Part shown: positions 28,567-37,625 of the stretch, in pieces | Layout of the letters: every line of letters starts with the position of its first letter | Position numbering within the stretch: the stretch's first letter is position 1 | The notes under the pieces: generated by a model | Seen by the model: only the letters and a program-made list of their open reading frames with translations | What the model was told of the DNA's origin: nothing | Database searches by the model: none | Translations under genes and position numbers: made by a program | From: a virus | Reading direction: 5' to 3' (one strand) | Virus record (IMG/VR): IMGVR_UViG_3300032050_000011 | DNA length: 64,000 bases

Positions 28567-29583
28567 ATGCGACTTGGCTTTGCCTGCAAATATATGCATG
28601 ATATTGAGCTTCCAGCAAAAGAGCTAGAGGCTATCGAGTCACGACTTAACTGTCGTACGACCACGTTTACGTGGGCAAATAAACAGAAGCGCTCTGTCGC
28701 AGAGGAGCGATTGCACTCAATACTAGATCATAACCTAGCTGCACTCGGCGGAATTATAGACTATGTGGGAACACTGGATCCTGAATTGCGTATGTTTCGC
28801 ATCAGCAGTGATATATGCCCGCTATACACACATCCAAATTGGATCAGCTTCTGGAAAAGCTGCGAACTACAATCGAAGCTTGAAAAAGAATTAACGCATA
28901 TAGGTGGCAAGACGCGGGATCTAGGCATCAAGGTTTCCTTTCACCCAGCTCAGTTTACTGTGCTAGCGAGTGACAAGGACGATGTGGTAGACAGGTCACT
29001 AGAAGAGTTTGAATATCATGCGGATATGGCTCGATGGCTTGGCTACGGCAAATCTTTTCAAGATGGCTGCAAGATAAATATACATATTGGTGGTAAAGGC
29101 GGTACCTCTACGCTTATAAAAAACCTAGGTCGACTATCTGATGTGGCTAGAAATCTAATCACAATAGAAAATGACGAGTTTAGTTATAGCCTAGATGAGA
29201 CAATTAAACTTAAACAACATGTCGCATTAGTTTTAGATGTACACCATCACTGGATAAACACAGGCAAATATATCGAACCTGACTCAGACAGCGTTAAGCA
29301 GGTTATAGAAAGTTGGCGAGGTATAAGACCTAGTATGCACTATAGTATATCTAAACAATCAGTTTTTGCCGATCATTCGTCAGATGAAAAACCTGATCTT
29401 GCACTACTATTAAGTGCTGGCTACAAAAAAACAGCTTTAAGAGCTCATTCAGACGACTACTGGAATCTGGCATGCAATGACTGGATCTCGGGCTTCAGAA
29501 AAGACTTTGACATAATGTGTGAAAGCAAGAGTAAGAATTTAGCCTCTATAAAATTGTTAGATTATTTGCGAGGTAAACAATGA
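28567..29583 (+). CDS. uvsE: UV damage endonuclease
   Basis: RLGFACK, FRISS, SFHPAQF, INIH, TIENDE, LDVHHH, RAHSD, IMCESKSK. Confidence 0.93.
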   Translation: MRLGFACKYMHDIELPAKELEAIESRLNCRTTTFTWANKQKRSVAEERLHSILDHNLAALGGIIDYVGTLDPELRMFRISSDICPLYTHPNWISFWKSCELQSKLEKELTHIGGKTRDLGIKVSFHPAQFTVLASDKDDVVDRSLEEFEYHADMARWLGYGKSFQDGCKINIHIGGKGGTSTLIKNLGRLSDVARNLITIENDEFSYSLDETIKLKQHVALVLDVHHHWINTGKYIEPDSDSVKQVIESWRGIRPSMHYSISKQSVFADHSSDEKPDLALLLSAGYKKTALRAHSDDYWNLACNDWISGFRKDFDIMCESKSKNLASIKLLDYLRGKQ

Positions 29584-29774
29584 ACGCAATTATTCTAGGT
29601 TGGCTTTTCATAGGATCAGTCGTAAATCTTTTCATACATTACAGAAACGCTGATAAATTTGGCACTGCACTTATGGGTGGACAGCTCAACATACTTGTAT
29701 TTCTACTTATGGGCTTCACTAATCATATACTTTGGCCACTCGCTCTCTACACCGAACTCACTAGAAAACTCTGA
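29580..29774 (+). CDS. small membrane protein
   Basis: Two hydrophobic segments, LWP motif. Confidence 0.6.
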   Translation: MNAIILGWLFIGSVVNLFIHYRNADKFGTALMGGQLNILVFLLMGFTNHILWPLALYTELTRKL

Positions 29775-29786
29775 CAGATTCGATAT
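29773..29786 (+). promoter_or_regulatory. class A promoter motif with leaderless ATG 6 nt downstream
   Basis: GACAGATTCGATAT-taatac-ATG(29793). Confidence 0.7.
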
Positions 29787-30171
29787 TAATACATGAGAGT
29801 TAGTGATAAAATTCAGATAGTTGAAAATTTTTTGGCATGCTTGGACAAACTTGTTGAATTTACTCAAGTAGAATCAGATACTGGCATTGAGACTAGTGAT
29901 CTAGTTCTAGTTCTAAGAATTGGAATTTATATAGATTAAATGCTAGAACAGATTAACCCCGCTGTTCTATCATCGGGCACAACTAATAGGATTTGGTTGT
30001 GCCCTCTTTATAAGAGGAATATGCTGCCAGAAGGATCGAAGTCCATAATAAAACTAATATCTTTTCTAGATAATCTAGATTTATTGATTTTTTATAGCGG
30101 AAATTCAGAAACACTCATGTGGGAGTTTGCTACTCCCGGAACAAAAATAGGTCAAAAACTGGAGGTACTAG

Positions 30172-30456
30172 ATGCTAAGCTCTACACAGATGAAATATAT
30201 CGAGCTAGAGAAGAAGAAAGAGGCTTACAAGAAGTTCTTGGAAGAATTAAAGGAGGCTACTCAGGCAGTAGTGAATGAAGTCGGAGTCGGCGGTCATTTT
30301 CAAGATGCTGAAGGTACCGTTTATCAGGTTGAAGAATCTGACGGGAAATTCGTGTACTTTGACAGATTCGAAATTAAACGCACGAGACGTAGTGGCGAAA
30401 AATCTGGCACACTATCTCTAACAAAAGCAAAAGAACTAGGTTATGGAGTAGCATAG
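30172..30456 (+). CDS. hypothetical protein
   Basis: GGAGG RBS. Confidence 0.7.
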   Translation: MLSSTQMKYIELEKKKEAYKKFLEELKEATQAVVNEVGVGGHFQDAEGTVYQVEESDGKFVYFDRFEIKRTRRSGEKSGTLSLTKAKELGYGVA

Positions 30457-30488
30457 CTTGTTAAATTTCAAACGTTTTAGGAGTTACC

Positions 30489-31199
30489 ATGTCTATTTTT
30501 AAAGATCGTGTCTATGAAGAGATGGATGACATATCCAGGCTTATTGAGCCATATCAATGTGGTCTGAACGAAGACCTATCGAAGTTTCCAGATAGGCTAG
30601 AAATTGATCCAGATCAGCTAGAGTCTACATGGGGAACAAACGTGCGTGATATAGTTAGAAGATATGCAAAATCTGCGGAGCTCAATGCTCTTTCAGAAAA
30701 CGTCTGGGACCTAGATCCTAATTTCTTTCAGTTTGAGATAGTTAACTCAGAAGGTGAGCAAACAGATTCACTGCGTTACAATTTTGCTACTAAAGAAATA
30801 GACGGCAAAATTTTTCTAGTGAAGAAAATGTTCTGCGTTGAAGACGACGGTGTCATGAACATAATTATTAAAAATGTAGAAAATAAACTTAGCATGTATA
30901 ATCGTCACGCTGATTCAAAAAGAATAAATGAGATTGCTGATCTATTCAATGCAGAAGAAGTAAAGCAGAAAAGATCAGCCAGTAAAAAAATGCGTTGTCT
31001 AAGAAATCATATAGTTGGTCTGATTAAGTCTAAAAAGCTAGACATACGAGATGCAGAGCTTGCCGCTAGATTCAGCAACTGGATAGTGCTCTATGCTAAT
31101 GATGGAAGTTTACCTGCGCTTGCAAATATTACGAAGCTAAAAATTATGACTCATCAGAATAAACCTATATATTCAATTGATGAAAGGAGCACCGTATGA
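30489..31199 (+). CDS. hypothetical protein
   Basis: AGGAG RBS, 236 aa. Confidence 0.75.
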   Translation: MSIFKDRVYEEMDDISRLIEPYQCGLNEDLSKFPDRLEIDPDQLESTWGTNVRDIVRRYAKSAELNALSENVWDLDPNFFQFEIVNSEGEQTDSLRYNFATKEIDGKIFLVKKMFCVEDDGVMNIIIKNVENKLSMYNRHADSKRINEIADLFNAEEVKQKRSASKKMRCLRNHIVGLIKSKKLDIRDAELAARFSNWIVLYANDGSLPALANITKLKIMTHQNKPIYSIDERSTV

Positions 31200-31705
31200 A
31201 GTTTGATGATCGCCTAAAGTCTTTAACAAGTAGTATTGATCCAGGTGCACCTCTTATAAGACTAAAGATGTCTAGTGATTTGAAGACAATAAGAGCAGAG
31301 TCGATGCCGTGGTTTCCTCCTGCCGACGATCCTAGTTTTCTAGGTCGATTAATCACTGAGTGTGTTAGACGTACTCAGACTATTAATGGCTATACGATAG
31401 ATTATGCTGCAACTAAGTCAAATATAACTGAGTCAGTTGTAGATAATTTTTCTCATCTATATACAAGGGTATCTACGAATAAAGAACCAACTAGAACCAA
31501 GACATTTAAGGCAATTAAGCAGCTGCAGCGAAAAGCACGTCGCGAAGAAGATATATTCGAAGACTTTTTTGCTATTGCAGAATACAATGATCAGGTTACT
31601 AGAGAAGACAGTATTACAAGTGTGAGCAATCAAGTTCATCGTAAAAATATACTCTATTTAATAGAGTCACTAGTGAGGAAGCATGGAAGTGAGAACAATA
31701 ACTAA
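31196..31705 (+). CDS. hypothetical protein
   Basis: ATGA coupling. Confidence 0.7.
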   Translation: MKFDDRLKSLTSSIDPGAPLIRLKMSSDLKTIRAESMPWFPPADDPSFLGRLITECVRRTQTINGYTIDYAATKSNITESVVDNFSHLYTRVSTNKEPTRTKTFKAIKQLQRKARREEDIFEDFFAIAEYNDQVTREDSITSVSNQVHRKNILYLIESLVRKHGSENNN

Positions 31706-32048
31706 TGAAATGGTGCTTAAATATGCACCGATGATTGAAAGCTACATGGCTAATTCAGTTAGAAAAAACTGGAACGAGGCCTGTCTAAGTAAAAACAATG
31801 ATTGCGTAAGCTTAGGCAACAGCGGCTGGACTATGGCCGATATCCGCTCATATCTAATGACGGAAGTTTTTATAGCATTACGCAACTATAGCCCAGACCA
31901 CAATACGAAAGAGTCTACTTTTGTATATGGCCATCTTAGTAAGCGAGTTGGTTCACTAATGAAAAAACTAACAAATAAATCAAAAGGCTATGGGTTTTGG
32001 TCTCTTAATTTAGAGACGGTACTTGGTGAAACTGAATATGATGATTAA
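31683..32048 (+). CDS. divergent sigma region-2-like protein
   Basis: MVLKYAPMI...DIRSYLMTEVFIALRNYSPDHNTKESTFVYGHL resembles the sigma region 2 pattern (xYDPxxxxKFSTYAY). Confidence 0.5.
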   Translation: MEVRTITNEMVLKYAPMIESYMANSVRKNWNEACLSKNNDCVSLGNSGWTMADIRSYLMTEVFIALRNYSPDHNTKESTFVYGHLSKRVGSLMKKLTNKSKGYGFWSLNLETVLGETEYDD

Positions 32049-32070
32049 GTATAATTGTCATGGAGGGGAC

Positions 32071-32871
32071 ATGAAGAAATTTAACAATATACATGAAGCA
32101 TATCTAGGTGTTCTAGCTGACGTCTATGATAATCCAGATCACATTTGTTCACCGCGAGGTCAGCGAGTCCGTGAGAAGATGTATTATGCCTTTCAGATCG
32201 CAGAGCCAAAAAGTGAGACGATAGTTACACATGATGCCGCACGCAACAAGACTATTGCAAGCTATACAGCGAAAGAATGTGGACTCTACAATTCTGGCTC
32301 CAACAAAGCAGTCGACTTTGCTGAAGCATCTAAGTTTTGGCTTGATATCGCAAATCCAGATGATACAATAAACTCAGCTTATGGCTATCTAGTTAAGCAT
32401 AACAAGTCGCATGGCAACCCTAAGTATGAGCTGTTTAATAATCTGCAAGGTCTTATCTCAGATCAGGTGGTCAATTATCTTATTGACAATAGCGGCAGAG
32501 TTATGCGAACTCCCTGGGAGTGGTGCGTTGATGCGCTGAGATCTGATAAGGATACACGGCAGGCTATACTGCGTTTTAGCTTACCAGAGCATTTCTATAA
32601 GGGTAACAAGGATATGACTTGTACCTTAGACGGCAACTTCCATATCAGGGATGATAGGTTGTTGTTCAGAGTTCACATGCGAAGCAACGATCTTACTTTA
32701 GGTCTAGTCTATGACTTGCCGTGGTTTATATCGCTAGCAGAAGATATGATTAAAGAGCTCAGTGATATCTACCCAGATCTGAAGCTAGGTCCATATACAC
32801 ATATGGTTGACTCTATTCATACCTATGACAGAGATGAAGAAAAAATCCTCAAGATGCTAGGAAGGCGATGA
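32071..32871 (+). CDS. thymidylate-synthase-fold enzyme, dCMP hydroxymethylase/methylase-like
   Basis: SPRG, INSAYG, DTRQA, DMTCT, MRSND, GLVYD (Asp at the TS Asn177 position), SIHTYD; start 32071 after GGAGG. Confidence 0.75.
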   Translation: MKKFNNIHEAYLGVLADVYDNPDHICSPRGQRVREKMYYAFQIAEPKSETIVTHDAARNKTIASYTAKECGLYNSGSNKAVDFAEASKFWLDIANPDDTINSAYGYLVKHNKSHGNPKYELFNNLQGLISDQVVNYLIDNSGRVMRTPWEWCVDALRSDKDTRQAILRFSLPEHFYKGNKDMTCTLDGNFHIRDDRLLFRVHMRSNDLTLGLVYDLPWFISLAEDMIKELSDIYPDLKLGPYTHMVDSIHTYDRDEEKILKMLGRR

Positions 32872-33398
32872 TGGACGACGCAGTAACAAAAGCCTATATA
32901 GATTCAGTAATGGGGGCTAGTGGTGCGAACGTAAATCCAATTATTAGCACTACGGGCACAAGTTCAGGTCACTTAACCATCAATCCAGCCTATTCACTGC
33001 ATATAGGGCCTGGGTTGTCATCTAAAGAAGAAGTGGAATTGAAAGAACTTCAACTTGAACATGAAAAGCTGTTAAGACAAAAAAGAATACAGATGTTTAA
33101 GAACATGCCAGCATCATTTAGGCAGTTTATAGTAGATACCATAAATGTAAATGATTTTGTAAGTAGTCTAAAGTCTGCTACAGTAGATGACTCAGAGCTG
33201 GTAGAAAAAATTAGCCAACTTAAGTCTAGAGACTCTAGGTTTCATCTCAGTGGGCATTATGGTGAAGGCATCTACTTGTCTGTTCCATATCAGCTGCTTG
33301 AACTTATATCAGTTGAAGAATTAAGGGATGCTCATGCTACTCAGACTCTAGAAGAGGAACTATCTGCTTCGACAGATTCGATAAATAAACATGAATAA
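32868..33398 (+). CDS. hypothetical protein
   Basis: Operon-coupled ORF. Confidence 0.65.
   Translation: MMDDAVTKAYIDSVMGASGANVNPIISTTGTSSGHLTINPAYSLHIGPGLSSKEEVELKELQLEHEKLLRQKRIQMFKNMPASFRQFIVDTINVNDFVSSLKSATVDDSELVEKISQLKSRDSRFHLSGHYGEGIYLSVPYQLLELISVEELRDAHATQTLEEELSASTDSINKHE
33371..33384 (+). promoter_or_regulatory. class A promoter motif with leaderless ATG 6 nt downstream
   Basis: GACAGATTCGATAA-ataaac-ATG(33391). Confidence 0.7.
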
Positions 33399-33933
33399 AA
33401 TACGAGATCTTGGCATTAAAAAAAATGACATAGTGCGAATCAAGTTTAAAAACTTGAATTCAATCGTTAAAGAATCTGGTATTACCTTTCAAGACTTAGA
33501 CGACCACTTGCGATTAAGCTGCAACATGAGAGCCTATTATAGCGGCGGAGATTTTCTGGTTGGCGAAAATTTTGATAAGGAGCTCTACGACCTTTCTTTT
33601 GGCGATTGCATTATGGTGCGAAATCACCTTGATCATGACACTAGCTTTCAGGTTTACGATTTTGCAATTGACTCTATAGAAATAGTGGATGATGCTAGGC
33701 GATTCATCTCATCAGAGCTTGATTTAATAGTTGTGAGAGTAGAAGACGAATTATTTATAAATGGCAAGCCACTGATAGGCGATGAGCTACAAAAAAAGAA
33801 AGATCATAATCGCTATAGCAAGAATGAAGATAAAGAGTATCAAAATGAAAATAGAAAACTACTCAAAATATTTGAGGAGTTTATAGCAGACTTGGCAGTG
33901 AGAGATTCAATTGACAGTAGGGGGTCAAAATGA
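33391..33933 (+). CDS. hypothetical protein, paralogue of 5054..5539
   Basis: Shared motifs, see 5054. Confidence 0.75.
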   Translation: MNKIRDLGIKKNDIVRIKFKNLNSIVKESGITFQDLDDHLRLSCNMRAYYSGGDFLVGENFDKELYDLSFGDCIMVRNHLDHDTSFQVYDFAIDSIEIVDDARRFISSELDLIVVRVEDELFINGKPLIGDELQKKKDHNRYSKNEDKEYQNENRKLLKIFEEFIADLAVRDSIDSRGSK

Positions 33934-34403
33934 GCTTTATTCCAGATTCAACTCAAAGTCACAAAGACAAAGTTTCACCTAAGAAAGATGACAGTCTAAC
34001 TGTGGCCAAACCACTGACTCAGTCAGAAGATTTCTGTGCAGAGCTTATGGAAGGCACGATGGATTTCTCTAAAATTATAAATGAGAAGTTTATTGTTGCA
34101 GTCAATACTGGTTCTAGAAATAAACCTAATATACTAGCCTCAACAATGCGAGGCCCGTTCGACTTCTATGAGATGGTTGAAACAGTTGGTTGCATGTGGG
34201 AGCGCGAGCAACATCATGCGATGGTCTATGCTTTAACCAAAGACTTCAATAAGTCTTCGGCATTTTTAGACGAAGGCACAGTAGATTATATCGAGGCAAA
34301 TTGGGAAGATATCGTGGCTACTGGAATTCTTGAGGCTGCCCTTTCAGATGACGGCCCAGTGATTCCTGCAGGCCTTATTGAGGCTAATAAAGAGGAAGAA
34401 TAG
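33930..34403 (+). CDS. hypothetical protein
   Basis: Operon-coupled ORF. Confidence 0.7.
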   Translation: MSFIPDSTQSHKDKVSPKKDDSLTVAKPLTQSEDFCAELMEGTMDFSKIINEKFIVAVNTGSRNKPNILASTMRGPFDFYEMVETVGCMWEREQHHAMVYALTKDFNKSSAFLDEGTVDYIEANWEDIVATGILEAALSDDGPVIPAGLIEANKEEE

Positions 34404-34954
34404 TGCTGCTAAACAAGATTAATTTGCTAGACAAAGGTTTTGTGGCGCCCTTATCTTTTGCGGGCGATGGCAGACTGCTGCAGGATCTGCAGGATCATTA
34501 CTTTAGAGCGAAAACCAACGTTAAACTGCTAGAGATATCTTCTGCAGTTTTAGTTATAAAATGTCCACTTTTTGTGCAGTTAAATCTGTCACAATACGGC
34601 CTCAACATTATCACAACCCCCTCTGAGAATGTTGAGGCCTATATTCCTGATGTATCTTCTATAGATGGCGAAACTCTAGAAGACAAGAGTGAGATTGCGA
34701 ACTATATAAAAATAACAACAGAAGCCTTACTGCTAAATCATAAGGGGATAGTTATGGACGGAGCTTCTAGATTTACAGCTCAGCTACTAACACCAATAAC
34801 TGTTTATAATGAACTTATAGTGGCGGGTAGGTTGTCAAATTGGGTTTCTTTTCTTAGGCAAAAGAAATTACCAAAAGAAATAGAGAATTATAGAAAAGTC
34901 ATAGAGGGTATTCTAAGGGTAGAATGGAAGAATCTAGATCAATTCATAAAATAG
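34403..34954 (+). CDS. degenerate ThyX-like protein
   Basis: KINLLDKGFV, IKCPLFV, GASRFTAQLLTP..YNEL..G.LSNW..FL follow the ThyX layout, but the RHRxxSxxxxSxRY motif is absent. Confidence 0.55.
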   Translation: MLLNKINLLDKGFVAPLSFAGDGRLLQDLQDHYFRAKTNVKLLEISSAVLVIKCPLFVQLNLSQYGLNIITTPSENVEAYIPDVSSIDGETLEDKSEIANYIKITTEALLLNHKGIVMDGASRFTAQLLTPITVYNELIVAGRLSNWVSFLRQKKLPKEIENYRKVIEGILRVEWKNLDQFIK

Positions 34955-34962
34955 AGGACAGT

Positions 34963-35784
34963 ATGGACGTGACGCTTTCAGAAGAAGATAAAAAAAGAAT
35001 TAAAAACGCAGAATATTATGAGCAAAGTAAAACCATAATGAAGTCTTTTGAAGACTACGCTCATGTAAATGTAGGTGAAGTTTATTCGATAGTCTGGATT
35101 TCTACAGATAAAACAAGAAACTATGTCAGGCGACATGGCAGCGGCAATAAAACTAAATTCCTAGTTGTTCATAAGGATGAAGGTTTCGTATTCGCAAAAG
35201 CAATTAATTCAAGTGGCGGTTTAGGCAAAGACGTGGTCTGCTTAACAATAAGATATCCTAGTCGATCATATGAACTTGAACTAGATGATGCTCAAGCAGA
35301 AGCCATAATCTTTTCAAAAGAAAATGACTTTGATCCATTTAAAGAAGGCAAGCAGCTAGCAAAAAAGAAAAATAAAGCTAGAAATCTTAATAAGAAAAAA
35401 ATAATAGCATTTAGCACTGAACAAGAAGCTTATAATTTTGCAACTAATCTTAAAATCGGCGATACGATATATGATGCAAATACGGCGTTTGGCGAAGCCA
35501 TTGTTAAATGGCAAATTAAGAATGTAATAATTACGCAGACAGACAAGACTCCGATGACAGACTGGAACGGCAGCGTCTACGCATATGGAAAAACTAACGA
35601 AGATCAGATTTATAATAAATTTGGATTTACTGACAAGGTACTCGTAGAAATAGAGGCTCAAGGTGAACTACCTAAACCTCGTCGCTGGATTTCAAGGTCT
35701 CGAACGCTGACTATCGAATCTTTCTTGTCTAAGAGACATAGAGACTGGTATTCGTCTAGACCACTAACAATTGACGACGTATGA
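34963..35784 (+). CDS. hypothetical protein
   Basis: ORF 34924..35784; GAGG before ATG 34963. Confidence 0.7.
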   Translation: MDVTLSEEDKKRIKNAEYYEQSKTIMKSFEDYAHVNVGEVYSIVWISTDKTRNYVRRHGSGNKTKFLVVHKDEGFVFAKAINSSGGLGKDVVCLTIRYPSRSYELELDDAQAEAIIFSKENDFDPFKEGKQLAKKKNKARNLNKKKIIAFSTEQEAYNFATNLKIGDTIYDANTAFGEAIVKWQIKNVIITQTDKTPMTDWNGSVYAYGKTNEDQIYNKFGFTDKVLVEIEAQGELPKPRRWISRSRTLTIESFLSKRHRDWYSSRPLTIDDV

Positions 35785-36224
35785 CGCGACCAAGTAAGCT
35801 AGAATACTGGATGAGCATGGCCGTAGCAGTGTCAGCTAGATCACATGATGCTGAAACTAAGGTTGGTGCTATTCTTATTAAGAACGATACCGGCATGGTG
35901 GTGGCAACTGCGCATAATGGCTTCGTTCGCGGTGCACCAGATCATCTACTGCCCAAGACTCGACCTGAAAAATACGAGTATATGATTCATGCTGAGGATA
36001 ATCTTATCTCGCACTGCGCTAAGTCTGGCATCTGCATAGATAACTGCACTCTAGTTATAACACTTAGTCCCTGCCAGAAATGCCTTAGACTAATGTGGCA
36101 GGCTGGAATAACGCAGGTTGTATGTAGAGATCTGTACAGAGATCATAACATAAACATGAAGGATCTTAGGATTGAACAAGAGACCACGCCGGAAGGCTTC
36201 TACAAACTCAGCTACAAACTTTGA
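35781..36224 (+). CDS. dCMP deaminase
   Basis: KVGA, NG, IHAEDN, SPCQKC. Confidence 0.9.
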   Translation: MTRPSKLEYWMSMAVAVSARSHDAETKVGAILIKNDTGMVVATAHNGFVRGAPDHLLPKTRPEKYEYMIHAEDNLISHCAKSGICIDNCTLVITLSPCQKCLRLMWQAGITQVVCRDLYRDHNINMKDLRIEQETTPEGFYKLSYKL

Positions 36225-36352
36225 TAGCTATGAGCACATCTTTGGAACGACTAGAAATAACACATTTAGGTTGTTGATTGTTTTTGCTAAATTAAAAGTC
36301 ATAGATTACTACGAAATGAACAGTACACTGACTAAAATAAAAAGATATTCAT

Positions 36353-36772
36353 ATGAGTTTGATCAAAAAGCAATTGATAATAGTAGGCAGTAATCCTAGC
36401 TCTGCGTCACCCGACTGTTCACCTTTTCACCCAACTACAAAATCACGACAGTTTATAGATAAGCTATTCAATGGCAGTGACTATGAGTTGACCTATATAA
36501 ATCTAGTTGACTATAAAACAGAAGGCAACAAGCCACTTAGTAATAAGGTTATCAAGCTAGAACTAGTCAATATCAAGCAAAAATTTCACGGAATCTTCGA
36601 TACGAAAATAATCACTCTTGGAAAACAGGCTTCTTACGGTTTAGGTCTAGCTGATATAGAGCACTTTGCTCTGCCTCATCCAAGTGGTCTATGTAGATTC
36701 TGGAACGACAGAGCGGCCTCTGAAGCTAAGATACAGGAGATGTTCGTATGGATAGAGTCGCGCTATTCGTAA
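36353..36772 (+). CDS. uracil-DNA-glycosylase-superfamily protein
   Basis: IVGSNPS, ITLG, LPHPSG. Confidence 0.7.
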   Translation: MSLIKKQLIIVGSNPSSASPDCSPFHPTTKSRQFIDKLFNGSDYELTYINLVDYKTEGNKPLSNKVIKLELVNIKQKFHGIFDTKIITLGKQASYGLGLADIEHFALPHPSGLCRFWNDRAASEAKIQEMFVWIESRYS

Positions 36773-36830
36773 AAGGTCTGCATAGAACTGAAATGTATTG
36801 GCTGCTAGTTAAGCTCGGTATAATAGTTAA

Positions 36831-37625
36831 ATGAATGAAGACCTAGAGAAGCAGGCCGAAAAGATACGCAAGGGCTTTGTCTCTGTCACCGAAGACGAAG
36901 ACGAGGTGAGTCTATCTTTTCTAGACGAGATAAATCAACTAGTTAGAATAGTTCTCAAAGATGATCCCATAGATGTATATACACTCTTAACTCCAGCCGA
37001 ACTTGAACGCTGGCGCAAAGCTAAATTTAAGCGTCAGGTTAATAAGATTCTGAGTAAATTTTCATTTCAATTCATATCATATTTCATATTGCTAAGTACA
37101 ATCACGGGATTTCTGGTGAGTGAAGCCTTGCCTTTCTATGGCGAAGGCGAGATTACAGCAAAGACCTGGCTTCAGGCCATACTGACAGAGGTTTGCTTCA
37201 TATTCTTATCTGGCTACAGAGCAGATCCAGGTATTCAGAAATGGTTTGTAGGCATTCTTAGAGCATCGATTTTTGCCCTTATGTTGTTTGTGATTACTTC
37301 CGAGATCACGTTGAAGGGCACGCGAGATATTGATCAGATTGACAATCTTGCAGATCGTATCGCGCGTCTAGAGAAACAAATAGATTCAATAAACAAAGAG
37401 ATCGACTACTATAAGTCTATTGACTGGAAATGGCGAATGACTCAAGGTATCAAGAAGCGCGATGAGCTCGAGAAGCAGGTGCAAGAGTTGAAAGAGAAGC
37501 AGAGCGAGAGCGGCACTCGAGAAGTTTCAAAACTATTACAATACAAGATCTATGGCAAGGCAGCATTTAGGGTTATCTTACTGATGATATCGGTACTAAT
37601 AACACGAAGACTGTTTAAGTTTTGA
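36831..37625 (+). CDS. membrane protein with coiled coil
   Basis: About 4 TM segments around a coiled coil; leaderless after GGTATAAT (36817-36824). Confidence 0.7.
   Translation: MNEDLEKQAEKIRKGFVSVTEDEDEVSLSFLDEINQLVRIVLKDDPIDVYTLLTPAELERWRKAKFKRQVNKILSKFSFQFISYFILLSTITGFLVSEALPFYGEGEITAKTWLQAILTEVCFIFLSGYRADPGIQKWFVGILRASIFALMLFVITSEITLKGTRDIDQIDNLADRIARLEKQIDSINKEIDYYKSIDWKWRMTQGIKKRDELEKQVQELKEKQSESGTREVSKLLQYKIYGKAAFRVILLMISVLITRRLFKF

Noticed and set aside
30361-30374. Additional class A site GACAGATTCGAAAT
   Set aside because: Inside a CDS, breaks the CGAT core, and is more than 110 nt from the next start; left out of the count
317-33384. Class A motif as an ordinary host sigma28 promoter
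   Set aside because: At the sites checked there is no TAAA -35 box at 15-nt spacing, and the conserved ACAGATT extension is not part of the sigma28 consensus
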